Shown here in pieces: positions 25,313 to 43,165 of a stretch of DNA of 64,000 bases (its first letter is position 1; the number at the start of each line of letters is the position of its first letter). The position numbers were made by a program, and so were the translations under genes. The stretch is from the human T2T-CHM13v2.0 reference genome, Homo sapiens. The notes beneath the pieces were generated by a model. The model was given only the letters and a program-made list of their open reading frames with translations, was not told the origin of the DNA and ran no database searches. Location of the stretch: assembly GCF_009914755.1 (NCBI RefSeq), contig NC_060940.1. One strand, written 5' to 3'.

Positions 25313-26499
25313 TTATCTCTAGAAAGGGGGAGTTTTTATATCAAGAGTCTTTGTTAGCCACACAATTAGGCAATTTTACAAATTACTTACTCCTGCTTGG
25401 TTATACCAATCAGAATGTGGTAGGTGAGATATGTTATGATAGAGACAGGTAAAAAAGGAAACATAAAAAAAGGATCTTTGGTAAACAAGTCTTTAGTAAT
25501 GTTGAGCAGATACAGTAAGATAGCTCAGAAAATTCTAAAAGTATAATGAGGGTTGTTTTGAAAACCTCATTAGCATAATGATATTTAGAGCATTTCTGAA
25601 TAGCAGAATTTTAAAAACACAAAGCACTTAGCTGCATTTTCTTTTCAATCTATATTTTTGTCAAACTAAAGCCTCTTCCAAATAGCAGCCTAACAAACTT
25701 CCAGGGACTAGTCAGATTCCTTACTGGTGCAGGTGTTTCATTGCACTAAATACTGTTTGAAATAAGTAGAGCATTCAGGCTTTAAAATCACTTTGTTGTA
25801 CTAAGTCAACTGTAATAGCAATTTTGGAAATTCAATTTAGCTCATTCCAAGAGTTTCCAAACATTACTAAGAAGACTACTTTCAGAACAAAAATGTCATC
25901 AATTCCCATTCTAAAAAATGGAAATGAATAAAGAAAGGACTATTTGTATATATTAACGCCTTAGCTAAGCAGCCAATTTAAAGACACAAATTGTAAAACA
26001 CAAATTATATATTTGATTTTTAAAAACAAAACAACAAAAAAAATCTGATGTCTATCTGCAATGAAGCAGAAGCCAAACATCATCAGCATGTTCTAATCTA
26101 GAATAATCTCACTAAACCTACCTCAGAATGAGTTTCAGATAGGTAGCCTCTGTGTTGGTAATTTTGGAAGAGAAATATATGCTCATAACACAAAAAGGTG
26201 ACTAACACTAAGACAGTTAAATCTATACCTATAGAAGCTCAAGTGCATTCTTACTTCTGTTTTGTGATTTTTATTTGTAAACTCACTCAGTTCCACTGAT
26301 GAAGACAAATTGCTTAGCCCCACTAAAACTGCGTATTAGCCCAGGAATCCTAACAAGTTGTCAGAATTTTCCTTTTTCTAAAACAGTATTTCTAAACCTA
26401 GAATGAGGGTATCTATTCAAGTGATTATTATTTTCAAGAAAATGAGTTAATACTTCCAGAAGGATGTAAAATATATTTCTCCTTAGAGAATGATAAAGC

Positions 26500-26770
26500 A
26501 GTCAGGTGCAGTAGCTAACATCTGTAATTCCAGCACTTTGGGAGGATCGCTTGAGCCTAGGAGTTTGAGACCAGCTGGGGCAACACAACAAGACCCCATC
26601 TCTATAAAAAATTAAAAATAGCCAAGGATGGTGGCACACACCTGTAGTCCTAGCTAAGCTACTTGGGCAGCTGAGGCAGGAGGATGGCTTGAACACAAGA
26701 GTTTGAGGTTACAGTGAGCTATGATTGTGTCACTGCACTCCAGCCTGGACGACAAAGCAAGATCCTGTCT

Positions 26771-26811
<41 letters not shown>

Positions 26812-27076
26812 CAGGCATGGTGGCTCACACCTATAATCCTAGCACTTTGGGAGGCCAAAGCGGGCAGATTGCCTGAGCTCAGGAGTTCAAGACCAGCTGG
26901 GCAACACAGTGAAACCCCATCTCTACTAAAATACAAAAACTTAGCTGGGCGTGGCAGCATGCGCCTGTAGTCCCAGCTACTCGGGAGGCTGAGGCGGAGG
27001 CTGCACAGTAAGCCGAGATGGCACCACTGCACTCCAGCCTGGGCAACAGGGAGAGATTCCGTCTCCCAAAAAAAAA
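26500..27076 (+). mobile_element. Two tandem Alus (26500-26808 J-like with long A tail; 26809-27076 with right-arm deletion)
   Basis: Second Alu begins directly after the first element's A tail. Confidence 0.93.
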
Positions 27077-27324
27077 GATGCCTTGCCATCTCGGGTTGGG
27101 AGAGCTCTAAACTTAGGAAATAAGCAATCTGTATTTTGATAATTCCTAAATAAAAAATGAAACACTAACAATATAAAGAAAACTGTCTTGCTGTAAAAAT
27201 CAAAACCACATCCTTTAGTTTTACAATTGGGTTTTCTGGCATAAACAATGACAACTTGCGAATACAAAGGAAAAACCTGGCCATTTTCTGTTTATTGACC
27301 TATTTTTGAAATGCAGAAACTTTG

Positions 27325-27980
<656 letters not shown>

Positions 27981-29214
27981 TTAATAAAAAGCCTGTTTTT
28001 CATGGCCCAGATATTGAAGAGAAATAGAAAATAGCTCTAATCTCAAAAGGAAGAAAAAAATGTAAAATTCAGCTGAAAGTCTGCCTTGCCATCTTGGATT
28101 GGGTGACCTCTAATCTTAGGAAATAAAGATACTACTTCCTCATTAAAACCTCAAACTGCACCAATAGTCACAAAATTTACCACTTTTGTGAAAATGTTTT
28201 CACTTCATACTAATATTATGAAAGGAATGCCAATCAGTATGAATTTCCCATGCAGGTCAAACTGCAGATTTTTGGCTTATGTGCTGTATATTAGGGAAAA
28301 AATTAAACCAAGTATTTTTTATGTGGTAGATATCTTTACATACCATGTACACTCCAGATATATTACTAATTTCAAACATCTGAAGTTTCCCTGAAAATTC
28401 CATTTAGGCACTTAGCATCAAAGCAAAAGAAGGCTGGGGCGGTCAATCATCTGAAGATGGGTTTAACACCTTCCTCTTCGACCCACTTCAAAGCATGGAT
28501 TTTTTTAAGGGGGGGAGGTGGAATCAGATTAGGAATTCAGCCTGACTTAAGCCACTGTTATAACAAAGGTCAAAGCATTCTAAGTTTTGAAATGCCGAAT
28601 TAATCTCTAACTGAAGGAAAACATGTCAATTATCACCATGCAGACCCACCAGAACCTTATCTGAGACAGCTTGCTAAAGCTAAGGGGCTTTCAAATCACT
28701 CAGTTCAAACTCACACCTTCCTTATGTCTCTTCCTATAACAACCCTAACAGCAATTTAAACACTGACAGTGATAAGGACTTAAACAGTTCAAGCTAGGAA
28801 GGTCGATCTCCCTAAGCTGTAACTCAACTTCTAAGGCGTAGCTGTGCCTGATTACACCAGAGACTATACCTATTCCTTTCCTTCCATATAAAAATCCCAC
28901 AGCGTATCTGTTCACAGAAATCTTCCCTTCTCCAGGCTAAAAATCTCCATGTTTTGCAAATGCTCAAACCAGTCCTGCTCCAAAAGCTACACTGATGCTC
29001 TATCTCTAGGATTAATCTGTAAAAGTAGAAACATGTGGATAGGAAAGTGAGTGATTACATAATTTCTTCTCCTTTCTTTCTAAGGCTAACCAGACTTCCA
29101 AAAATATCACAGAGAAAGGCTGACTCCAGCTCTACCTCCCTGATTCTGCACTGAGCCAATATATAGAAATCTCCCAATCAATAAATCATACTGAAATAAG
29201 AATACCCTTCTTCC

Positions 29215-29521
29215 AGCCGGGTGCAGTGGCTCACGCCTGTAATCCCAACACTTTGGGAGGCCAAGGCAGGCAGATCACGAGGTCAGCAGTTTGAGACCAG
29301 CCTGGCCAACATAGTGAAACCCTGTCTCTACTAAAAATACAAAAAAAAAAAAAAAAAAAAAATTAGCCGGGCATAGTGGCATGTGCCTGTAGTCCCAGCT
29401 ACTCAGGAGGCTGAGGCAGTAGAATTGCCTGAATCCAGGAGGTGGAGGTTTCAGTGAGCTGAGATCACGCCACCGCACTCCAGCTTGGGCAAGTGAAACT
29501 TCATCTCCAGAAAAAAAAAAA
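29215..29521 (+). mobile_element. Alu
   Basis: Full dimer, TSD cccttcttcc. Confidence 0.94.
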
Positions 29522-29589
29522 GGCCCTTCTTCCTAGTCTTTCAAACTCCAGATGACCTTAAAACCAAGATTCACACTGATGACTATAAA

Positions 29590-30597
<1,008 letters not shown>

Positions 30598-30840
30598 ATT
30601 TTTTTTGAGAATGCCACATTCTGATTAGGGAAGAAGTCCCTTCTTCTGATCTGCCTTTTCCAAGTTGTCTCTCGCTAGTGCTTTTCTTACCTATAGTGCC
30701 AACCCCTCCGCTCCAGAAAAATACTGCTACCAGAAGATTATTTCTCTACATTTCCAGTTAATTATGTATGAGATGATTTTTTAAATTTCTAATCATGGAA
30801 GATCATTTTTTATTCATATCCTTTAAATAATATACTTTCA

Positions 30841-31116
<276 letters not shown>

Positions 31117-31207
31117 CTATGCAAATTAAGCACCCCTCACATACACACACAAAGTGAATATAGTGACTCAGCACCAACAACCATAATCACTTATTACATG
31201 GTTAAGA

Positions 31208-31810
<603 letters not shown>

Positions 31811-33421
31811 CAAAGATATTATCTTTTATGTCATTTCTATGATTAGAAGACAAAGTTAATAAAATAAGAAAATGCCTCCAGATACCATTTGTCTTTGGAG
31901 TTGCAAATAATGCCCCAAAAAAGCATGGGAGGAGGGAAATAAAAGGTGGAAAGTGGAAAGGATGACAGGGGAAGGAAGAAGAAATAAGTAAGAGATGAAT
32001 GTGAAGAACTTAAGTCAAAATAGGAAGGAAAAGTGGAAGGAGTAACAGAAAACATGTTTATCAGTTGAAAAAGATGACAAGCTAACACAGCCAGACCACA
32101 GTAGCAGAGAAACCAAATAGGAAAAAAAAGTGATTTCAAATATGGAACTAAACCATGGATCAGGAAAAAAGAGCTTTAGTATAACAGATTTTTAAGAGAC
32201 ACTAGAGAAAAGAGGGAAAAGAGTGGTCCTTGTGATGTCGGTTAATATGCATTAAAGTAGATTCGTACTTATGTCAGTTTATATGGTTACAACTGTCTGG
32301 GTCCTATTATTTCTAAAGGTCCTAGAAAACACTCAAAACCATAGTGATGCCTTTGAAAAAAGAGACTGAGGGGAGTTTAACTGGAGATTGAAGAGAACCC
32401 TCAGAAAAGCAACTATAGGTCCAGCCAAGTCTCATGGAAGCATCACTCTGGGAAATAAAGCGCAATCCCTATTTAGGACTTGTTTTCTAGCTCTGAAATT
32501 CTAGTTTATCTAGGACAGGGATTCTCAACCCTCCTTTAAGCAGCAGAACCCTTTCTTTAAATGAAGTGGAACTCACAGATAACATAAGATCCTAAGAGAG
32601 CTGCTGCTGTTCGAATGAGGTTGGGAGCCCAGGAGCTGTGGCCAGCCCACTTCTAGGCCTTTCTCTGCAGCCTGAAGCAGTTCCTGAGGCACTTCCTCCT
32701 CAGACCCTAGAAAACAGTTTGGGGACCACTGGTCCAGGAAGTGGCAGGGAAACCTGTTCTGTACTGCTGCTCTCTGGAAACAATCATAAGGTACAGAATG
32801 TTTGCTGCTATACAGTGACTGGAAAGATGCATGCAACACGGTGCCCAAGGTAAGACCAGTTTTAGGAAAAAATACAAATAATGGAGTTCATGTAACAAAG
32901 TCCCCCTTCCTTTTCCCATTAAGGCCATAGGAGAGTTTAACCAAGTTTACAGTAAATCTTCTGCCCCCATAGAAATGCTAAAAATTTGGAGAAAGACCTC
33001 AGAGACCACTAAACGTGATGCTACCGACTACAACTGCTTACCAAAGAAAATCACGTCTCATAAAAGACAAGTTGTTTTAATCCTCAATTGTTCATATATT
33101 ACAGTAAGAAAATAAGCAAATCTGAACTTGCTGAAGTAGCTGTACAAAATTTAACACAGAAACCAGTCACAGCAGAAAGAGGCTACTGGCAGCATGGCTG
33201 AGGGGAGGCGAATTTCAAATACTGATGCTGACTTGCCACAGGACCAAAAGTAAGTCACAAAATAGTTATTTTGCTTAAATTTTCCCAGAGCGTGCTTCCC
33301 AAGCCATCTCCTTGGGATGTGAGGAATCTTGACATGATAATTATAAAATTCTAGAACAAGAGGTCACCTGAGCTCAGAGCTCACAAGTTCATCTGACTGG
33401 TCTACATTTATAGGCACTAGA

Positions 33422-33722
33422 GGCTGGGCATGGTGGCTCACATCTGTAATCCCAGCATTTTGGGAGGCCGAGGTGGGAGGATCTCTTGAAACCAGGTGTT
33501 TGAGACCAGCTGGGCAACATGGTGAAACCCCGTCTCTATAAAAAATACAAAAATTAGCCAGGCACGGTGGCATGAGCCTCTAGTCCCAGCTACCTGGGAG
33601 ACTGAGGCAGGAGGACTGCCTGAGCCTGAGGAGGTCAAGGCTGCAGTGAGCCATGATTGTGACACTGCACTCCAGCCTAGGCAACAGAGCGAGACCCTGT
33701 CTCCAAAAAAGAAAGAAAGAAG
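33422..33722 (+). mobile_element. Alu (J-like)
   Basis: TSD aggcactagag. Confidence 0.94.
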
Positions 33723-33829
33723 GCACTAGAGAAAGAGGGGAAGCATTGTCCTATTTCGAAAGAACATTAGCAACAGGGGCTCTACAAAAAGATTAACACT
33801 GTCAAAAAATAAATCAAAATCCATCAAGC

Positions 33830-34015
33830 CCAGTGTTTATCAACCAGGATTGATTTTGCCCTCTAGGGGGCAATGGGAGTAGACAGGAGAGTTTCCAGTA
33901 ATCACAAGGACCTGGGGGTACTACTGCCATTTAGTGGGCAAGGCCAGAAAAGTTAGACTTCCTGCAGTGTGGGGGGCAGTCTCGCACAATGAAAAACAGT
34001 ATCACCTAAAATACT
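33830..34015. mobile_element. hAT-Charlie-type MITE (MER5/MER20-like)
   Basis: cagtgtttatcaacc...gattttgccc...tactactgccatttagtggg. Confidence 0.5.
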
Positions 34016-35374
34016 GAGCCCAATACAAAGTTTCCCATAAACACAAACCATGAAGAGATATGACCCTCTAATTTGGGTTTAACTTTAGTGTTTAATAACC
34101 ATCCTAGGTTCTCTGATCACAATCTAAGTTCTCTCTAGACTTAAGAGTCTACGGAGAGATGCACCTCTTCCTTATAAAATAAACTCTGGAACATCTACTA
34201 AGTCTTTCCTTACTTGGCCTTCTCCTTTCCAAAATAAAGGAAGTTTGATAAGTATCCTAAGGTAATACAAGACAGTACTACAGTAATGATTTCTGTGAGA
34301 GATGGCCACCTGTAGTAATTATCTCCCACTGCCATGACCGGAAAGTACTGATGGGCCCTAAAATTTAGTTTTTAGCTGAGAATGGGACACAAGGCAAGAA
34401 GGACTGAAAGCAGGGTGGGTATCAGAAGGAAAAAGCAGAAGAGTTTTAAGTAAGGGAAGCCAAAAGGGGTTTATTAACTGCATTGCCTCTTTGATCAAAC
34501 TGTGAAATTCTAGAGCACGGAATTTTAACCAGGGTCTTATGGGTAGAGGAAAGGGGAAATAAAAGTTTGAAGCCCCCAAAATCATACACAAAATGTTGAA
34601 TGTAAGCACTTTTTGAAGAGAGGATTCCTACCTTTATCACTTTCAAAGAGCTACAGGACCCCAGAAAGGATAAGAATCTCTGCTACAGTGACTCATCTGA
34701 ATTCCAAAGGAAGAATAAATGGTATAGAACAGAAATTCAATATAACCAATTTAAGGAACAAAATGTCAGACCAAGTTGTATCAACTCAACCACCCATATA
34801 AAAATAACAACTGTTTGCCAAAGCAAACGTATGGCAATTTCACATAAACAATGAAGAAAATCAACTGAGAAATCTTGAGAAATGGCTTGCGGTGCCTGAA
34901 GACTTAGGACCAGATGATACACTGGGGATCCAGTCAGTCAGTAGAAACTGCTCCAAACCTCAAGGGAAAAGAAAAGTGGGCCCAACCAGTGGTTTGAGTG
35001 GTCCAATGAGGCTTCTTAACCATTGAGCCTGTTGCTTTTCTCTTTGGCATTTTAGATTCTAGGTCCTTAGGAATGCTTGAAAACATGGCCAAGAAAGGAT
35101 TGAAAAAAAAAAAAACAAAAAAAACTCCTAAAGCTTTTTCTATGGATTTATATGAGGGAACCACTCTGGGGACAGAGAATTCCACAATAAGTTCATAAAA
35201 TTCTGGTGAACCTAGACATTATTTAAGAACAGATGCAGGACTCTTCACTCAAAATAAGCCATCATCCACTGTTGGGCTGACTAATTATATCTCCCAAAAA
35301 AAATTTGCCACTGCGAAGTATGTTTAAGGCAAAGATATTACTTTTCAGCCTAAGGGCGTAAAGCCCTCAGCTTC

Positions 35375-35863
35375 AGGGCTTGGTTCCAGGAGTCTTGCTA
35401 CTTTGTGGTCCAGAACCAGCAGCATTCAGCATCACTGGCATCGTCTAAGAGCTTGTTAAAAATGCAGACTCTCCAGGTGCAGTGGCTCCCACCCATAATC
35501 CCAGCACTTTGGGAGGCAAAGGTGGATGGATCACTTGAGGTCAGTTAGAGACCAGCCTGGCCAACATAGAAACCTCGTCTCTACTAAAAATACAAAAATT
35601 AGACAGGTGTGGTGGTGCACACCTGTAATCCCAGCTACTTGGGAGGCTGAGGCATGAGAATTACTTAAACCCGGGAGGCGGAGGCTGCAGTGAGCCCAGA
35701 TTGCCACTGCACTCCAGTCTGGGAAACAGAGCAGGACTGTCTTTAAAAAAAAAAAAAAAAAAAAGCAGACTCTCAGACCTAGCCCCTGATGTACTAACTC
35801 ATAATCTGCATTTTAACAAGACCCCCAGGTGATTCCTATGTACATCAAAGCCAAGAAGCACTA
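35375..35863 (+). mobile_element. MER5A DNA transposon split by an Alu at 35474-35764
   Basis: gagcttgttaaaatgcagactctc...aatctgcattttaacaagacccccaggtgattc; Alu TSD gcagactctc. Confidence 0.85.
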
Positions 35864-36096
35864 CCGTAAGTAACTCCCGCTATGAATAAACATACTAATG
35901 AGGCTGTCACGTTATGGTGAATTTAAAGGGCAGAACCACAGAAAGATAGAACGCTGGACCAACTGCCAAGGTTCTGACTAGTAGAAGTATTGTAGCTCAG
36001 GTAGTCAACATGCTGAACAAGATAACTTTTCTTTTTGTGTTTTTCCTTTTGTAAACCTAAGGATAAAGAAAAAAATAAATGTCCAAGATTCACTTA

Positions 36097-36288
<192 letters not shown>

Positions 36289-36464
36289 CTAAAAAAAAAA
36301 AAAAAAAAAGAACAAAAATTAAAACACACAACCGAAGTGTCACCTAAGAAATCCAAAAACAAAAAACCAGAAGACTAAATCACATCTAAGATTTCCAAAT
36401 ATTACCATCTCATGATACTCTGAGAATAATCATTTCGTATACTCATATAACCTATAAAATATAA

Positions 36465-36632
36465 AGTACTTCTTCAGACATGACTTCTCATTTAATTCTC
36501 TTACAGCCCTCAAGGTAGGTAGAGTGGGTGAGGGAAGGGTGGAGAGGCTTTTGGGTCATTCAGCTTAGTAGGCAGCAGAACCAGACCACAGCTCAGGCAC
36601 TCGGACTCCCAGCCCAGTGCTTCAGTCACTGT
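36465..36632 (-). mobile_element. MIR fragment
   Basis: tctcatttaattctcttacagccct...ggcagcagaacc...gactcccagcccagtgct. Confidence 0.6.
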
Positions 36633-37129
36633 ACCCGAGATTTAGAAAGCTCTGCTGGCCTCTCTTTCACTGAGATTCAACATCAGAAGGCAAACAGCTA
36701 GCAGCATCCTTGTTTTTAGACAAGAAAACAGTCACATAATCCAATGCCTTAACTCAAAATCACCAAACAAACCCAAATAGCAAAGTAAGCAACAGAATTT
36801 AACACTCCAGTGACCAGATTAAGTTGCCTTTCCTCTTGTGGACTATGTAAAAGAGATCTTTAGAAATCTTGAGGTATGCTTTACAAATAGGTCATATGAC
36901 ATTCTTACAGAGGCAACATGTGCTCAAGAAAGATTAAGAAGTTACTTAAGGTCATACTGCAATCAACGAGAAGACCAAATAGTAACATGCTAAGAACCAG
37001 ATTTCCAGGAATTGGCTCTACCCAGAATCCACATTCTAGAACAAAATTCAAAAAGCTTCACCTGTAGATGAAATTTAATCTTTCATAATAAATGAGTCAG
37101 CATACCAGAGAGGTGGGGAAGCAGACTGT

Positions 37130-37345
37130 ACATCAGCTTTAGCGTCAGCCCCACAATCAAGTCCCGGCTCTGCCCTTCCTATGTGAGCTCAGACAAATCA
37201 CTTAAATCTCTCAGCCTCCATTCATTTGTAGACTAGAGATGTCACTGGGGTCTATATATCCTGGCAGGGTACGATGAGGATTAAACAAGATAATGCAGGC
37301 AAGTCCTCAACATAATACAAAGCACGTAGTGAGAATCCTACAATA
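37130..37345 (+). mobile_element. MIR fragment
   Basis: cccggctctgcc...acaaatcacttaaatctctcagcctc...tgaggattaaacaagataat. Confidence 0.7.
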
Positions 37346-38479
37346 ATAATAGCAGTGAGATTCCTCTAACATAGCCTGAGAAATAAGAATAAGCCCCTTA
37401 AGTACAGTGATGAAACTACAAAGTATATCAATTATTATTAACCCATTATCTGCCATGAAACACAAATTTTTCCCAGTCAATTGGCCAAGAGTAATTTGCT
37501 TCCCCTTGACAAATACGACCTTTTATCAGCAGTAGACGTCCCATAAGTGCTTGCACAATTGGTAGACCAGCTTTACAGTCATCCTAAGCTTACTAATGTT
37601 CAGTGAAATCTTAAGTAACATTCCTGATGCTAACGTTAAAAGGAACTAGTTACAAATCAACACAAACAAACAGGCACGTTAAATTTCAGAGATTAATCAT
37701 TTTACAAACTCTGTTCCCTAAACTGGGTAAACCAAACCTTTCCAGTTGTGGACTAATTTGTGCTAATTTGCCATTTCATCACAGTTATCAAAACTGCTTG
37801 GACTTTATATATAAAACTGTTTTTATTTTTCCTACTCTATATGACAAGCTATGAAGCTTTTTACATTCACTGCCTACATTTTTTCCCTTGGTCTGAAAAT
37901 GTTCTTGCTTAATGATTTTCTAATTCTTAATACTTATTGTGCCTGAAGTTATGCTCCAGTGCAGGTCATAAACCGTTTTTTATTATACTCATGACCTCCT
38001 GGTGCACGTTCTGAACTCTGTAATATGGAGGCCACTCTGACTTTTATTTATTTTTTATTCTCTGAAATGGCTAATCAAGATGAAAGCCATCACCTTGATA
38101 ATAGGCAATCAGGTACATTTTATTAATGTGGATGAGAAGTCATTCAAGTGAAACAGAGGAGCTAAGAATTCCTTGGCATCCACTTGTAAATGGACTAGAA
38201 CAACAATAGATTCTGACTTCTAGAACCAAGCAGGAACTGGCACCATTAGCTGCAAATAGTGCTTTCAAGCACCAAGAGGAAAACTCAAGTTTTTAATAGC
38301 ATTTTTCTCAATTCATCAACATTAACACGTGTGGTTGAACCCTTACTGTCACACAGGTCTTTCTGGAAAGAAACTGCTTATTGAACAGAATGTGCTACAG
38401 AACAAAAATAGAGCAAAGCTCTTCTCTTTAAAAAGAAAGGTGAAACGTATGTCCTTTCTGACCATTTGCATGACACAAA

Positions 38480-38960
38480 TGTCGATTTCACAGCAGCAAT
38501 GTCAGAAACTGCAAACAAGTCAAATGTCCATCAAATGGTGGATAAGCAAGATGTGATAATAGATTCATATAAAATAATAGCATGTTCTGCCATACAAAGG
38601 AATGAAGCACTGCTTCATGCTCCAGCATGGATGAACCTTGACAACATTATGCTAAGTGAAATAAGTCAGTCACAAAAGACCACATACTGTGTAATTCCAC
38701 TTACGTGAAATGTCTTGAATATGCAAATCCAGAGATAGAAAGTAGATAGTAGATTGTGGCTGCCAGGGGCTGGGGAGCTGGGACAATGTGGAGTGGCTGC
38801 TAATGGACATGAGGTTTCTTTTTGGGGTGATGAAATGTTCCAAAATTAATACTGGTGATGGCTGCATAATTCTGTGATTATACTAAAAATCAATGAATTG
38901 TACTCTTTAAAAGGATAAATTTCATGGTATGTGAATTATATCCCAATAAAGCTGTTTTTT
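38480..38960 (+). mobile_element. L1M 3' UTR fragment
   Basis: caaatgtccatcaa...atggatgaaccttgacaacattatgctaagtgaaataag...gtatgtgaattatatcccaataaagctg. Confidence 0.88.
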
Positions 38961-39059
38961 AAACACACACACACACCCCTCCCTAAATATGCAGGTGGCA
39001 GTTAGATCTTCCAGAAATTAAAAGTGGCCTGAAAACATAAGTAACCTAGAAAACCTCTT

Positions 39060-39640
39060 AAAATGCAAATTTTAAATGCAAATCTGATCACATCACTACC
39101 CTGCTTAACAGGAATCTTAGGATAACATCCAAAATGCTTAATATGGCTTATAAGGCCCTGCACGATTTTTGTTCATTCTGTGTCTCCAGCCTCACCTCAT
39201 GACATTCCCTACCAACCCATGACCCCTGGACCCTCACTCCATCACACAGCTCCACCCCTTCCTTCTTTTTTCTGGAAGGCCCCTTTCCCGTGGCTGTCTC
39301 ACATGGTATTTGCTCTGCCCCCCAACATTTCCCACCACCTAACCCACTCTCTCTTCACCTGGTTCGTTCAACTTCAGCCTAAATATTTCCTAGGTATATT
39401 TTCTTTTCAAAGGAAAATATACCTACGAAAGGCTAGGCTAGGCCCCCTGTTCTAATACCCTTTCATACATCCCATTTGTCCCTTTGGTAATATTTACAAT
39501 CTCTGAATTGAATAATTGTAGACAATCGCATGTTCAGTGCCTATCTTCCCAGGTAGACTGAGAGCTTCATAAAGGCAGAGAAAATGAATGGCTTCAGTGC
39601 CTGGCACAGATACAGACAAACAATAAACGTTCATCAACAG
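39060..39640 (+). mobile_element. L2 3' fragment
   Basis: aaatgcaaatctgatcacatcact...tggcttataaggccctg...tagactgagagcttcat...cagtgcctggcacag. Confidence 0.75.
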
Positions 39641-40148
39641 GCAGCCTAAACAGAATTTGGAGTTTCTAACAAAATCCTAGAGGAAACATAAGGATAACCA
39701 CAGAGACCGCTGCCATGGGGTTTCTGTCAATTTCTCAAACTCTGCAAGGCCTTGCTTAAACCTAATTTTGCAACCAGTGGTTACAGCTACCCACTCACCA
39801 CAAAATTGCATTACCACAAGCAAGGAAGCAAGCAATGAAGGAAGACACCAACTGAGCACCTATCATGCACCAGGCACCAAGCCATGTGCTTTACATTTCA
39901 TTTACCACCTTGCAATTTCTGAATAAATGGGAAGCATAGGGTCCCTAAGCAGCTCCAGCTGATTCAAGCTCCTGCTCCAGGTACGTGTTGTTTTATAAGC
40001 GTTTCTTTCAAAGAAGCTTCTCTTCACTTAACTCTACCCAGTGTGTCTGCTAAAGAAAAGAAAGCAGGACTATCCTGCCAATTAAACTGAACTACATGTG
40101 TGTAGAGAAAAGATAATCTGGTCTAGATAGTAACTAAAGTCCTGTAAG

Positions 40149-40358
40149 CCAGGGTTTCTCAGCCTTCACACTACTGACATTTGGAGCTAAATGATCCTTT
40201 GTTATAGGGGCTGACCTGCACATTGTAGGATGTTCAGCAGCATTCCTAGTGCCTATCCATCAGGTTACAGTGGCACTACCCCAAATGACAGCCCAAAATG
40301 TCCCAGGCATTGCCAAATGTCCCCTGGGAGGCAAAACTGCCACTGCTTGAGAACCCAT
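40149..40358 (+). mobile_element. MER20 DNA transposon
   Basis: cagggtttctcagcc...actactgacatttgg...cattgccaaatgtcccctggg...ttgagaaccc. Confidence 0.85.
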
Positions 40359-40771
40359 ACATGGCCTTACCCACAAAATGTCACTGTACTGACTCTCCAG
40401 TAGTGTTTCCCACTATCCCAGCCTAACTATGGTCTAGGGACTCCAGCTGACTGAATTAAAAGATGGACTCGCTGGCCTCAGAGAACTTACATTCCAGAGT
40501 GAAAATAAAATCAGAAACCAAGGGAAACAAGTAATGTGACTATGATCTTGGCGAGGAGCTTCAGAGCCTTAAAGGAGCAGTCACCTTGCCCTTAAGGTGA
40601 AATACCAAGGACCAAGGAGAGAAAAAATCTGCAGGAACCCCTTTAACCCAATGGGCAGGACTCCTGGTTTCACCTCTCTCCAAACAACCAGCTTAGATAA
40701 AAAGCTACGCTAAGCTCGCAGCACTGGGTGGCTTGTCTGTATGCTCCTGTGTACTTTCAAGCAGGTGAGTT

Positions 40772-41066
40772 CTTTGTTTTTTTTGAGACGGAGTCTTGCT
40801 CTGTCGCCCAGGATGGAGTGCAGTGGTGTGATCTAGGCTCTCTGCAACCTCTGCCTGCCGGGTTCAAGTGATTCTCTCGCCTGAGCCTCCCAAGCAGCTG
40901 GGATTACAGGCACCTACCACCCCGCCTGGCTAATTTTTGTATTTTTAGTAGAGATGGGGTTTCACCATGTTGGCCAGGCTGGTCTTGATCTCCTGACCTC
41001 AGGTGATCTGCCTGCCTCGGCCTCGCAAAGTGCTAGGATTACAGGCGTGAGCCGCTGCGCCCAGCC
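40772..41066 (-). mobile_element. Alu
   Basis: TSD gcaggtgagttcttt. Confidence 0.95.
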
Positions 41067-41559
41067 GCAGGTGAGTTCTTTAAATGTGTGCTCCTTAAAG
41101 ACTACAGAGACAAAGGTGCACAGGCAAGAACAAAGTACTATGCCCGTTAAATTCACACACTGACAGGACTACACGCCCACTCTACTGTGAGGCTGGACTC
41201 CTTGGCTGGAGCCTACCATGTCTGAAAAAGCATCTTATTAGCATCTGCCTTTAAAGCTCACTCAAATGTTGTTTCATCTAAATAAACAAGGGAATCTTTT
41301 AAATGACAAATTCTAATCAAATGAGAATGATTCCATTCAGTCATCTGCTGATGCCAAGTACAGAACAGGATGTGATATCTAAAAATTACAGTAAATAGCA
41401 ATATTCTCCCTACTGGCAACACAACTGCAAAGATACTAATAATTGGCCAGGCAGTAAACAGCCAAATCAGGTGGCTGCCACGCGTTTTGAATGCATGTCT
41501 GACAGTATTCGCCAACCGAAGTTATTAAATATTAGGTCATACTGTCTTAAAAATTTCCT

Positions 41560-41852
41560 GGCTGGCTACGATGGCTCACACCTGTAATCCCAGCAATTTG
41601 GAGGCCCAGGTGGGCAGATCACTTGAAGTCAAGAGTTCAAGACCAGCCTGGCCAACATGGTGAAACCCCGTCTCTACTAAAAATACAAAAATTAGCCAGG
41701 CGTGGTGGCAGGAACCTATAATTCCAGCTACTTGGGAGGCTAAGGCAAAAGAATCACTTGAACCAGAGAGGCAGAGGTTGTAGTGAGCCCAGAGTGTGCC
41801 ACTGCACTCCAGCCTGGGCGACAAAGCAAGACTGTCAAAAAAAAAAAAAAAA
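41560..41852 (+). mobile_element. Alu
   Basis: TSD aaaaatttc. Confidence 0.94.
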
Positions 41853-42129
41853 TTTCTCATTAAGCCCATGAACTCCTCCTAATATTTATATATAACCTTG
41901 GTTGATGAATCACTCGTTCAAAGTAGGAATGCAATTTTCCTATAAAATTAGATTTGCTAATCAGACCAAATATGGTTAAAAGTTTTTCTGAAATTATTTT
42001 TGGAGTTTATCAACTAATCAAACATGTGATATACAACATATCCAAAATACAACATTCCCAAAATACAAAGGATTTAAGCACACTAGCAGAGTCAGAAAGT
42101 AATTTTAAAAACTGACTGATTTTAGATGA

Positions 42130-43165
<1,036 letters not shown>

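Noticed and set aside
39063-39083. Two ATGCAAAT octamer motifs
   Set aside because: Part of an L2 fragment; no other support for function
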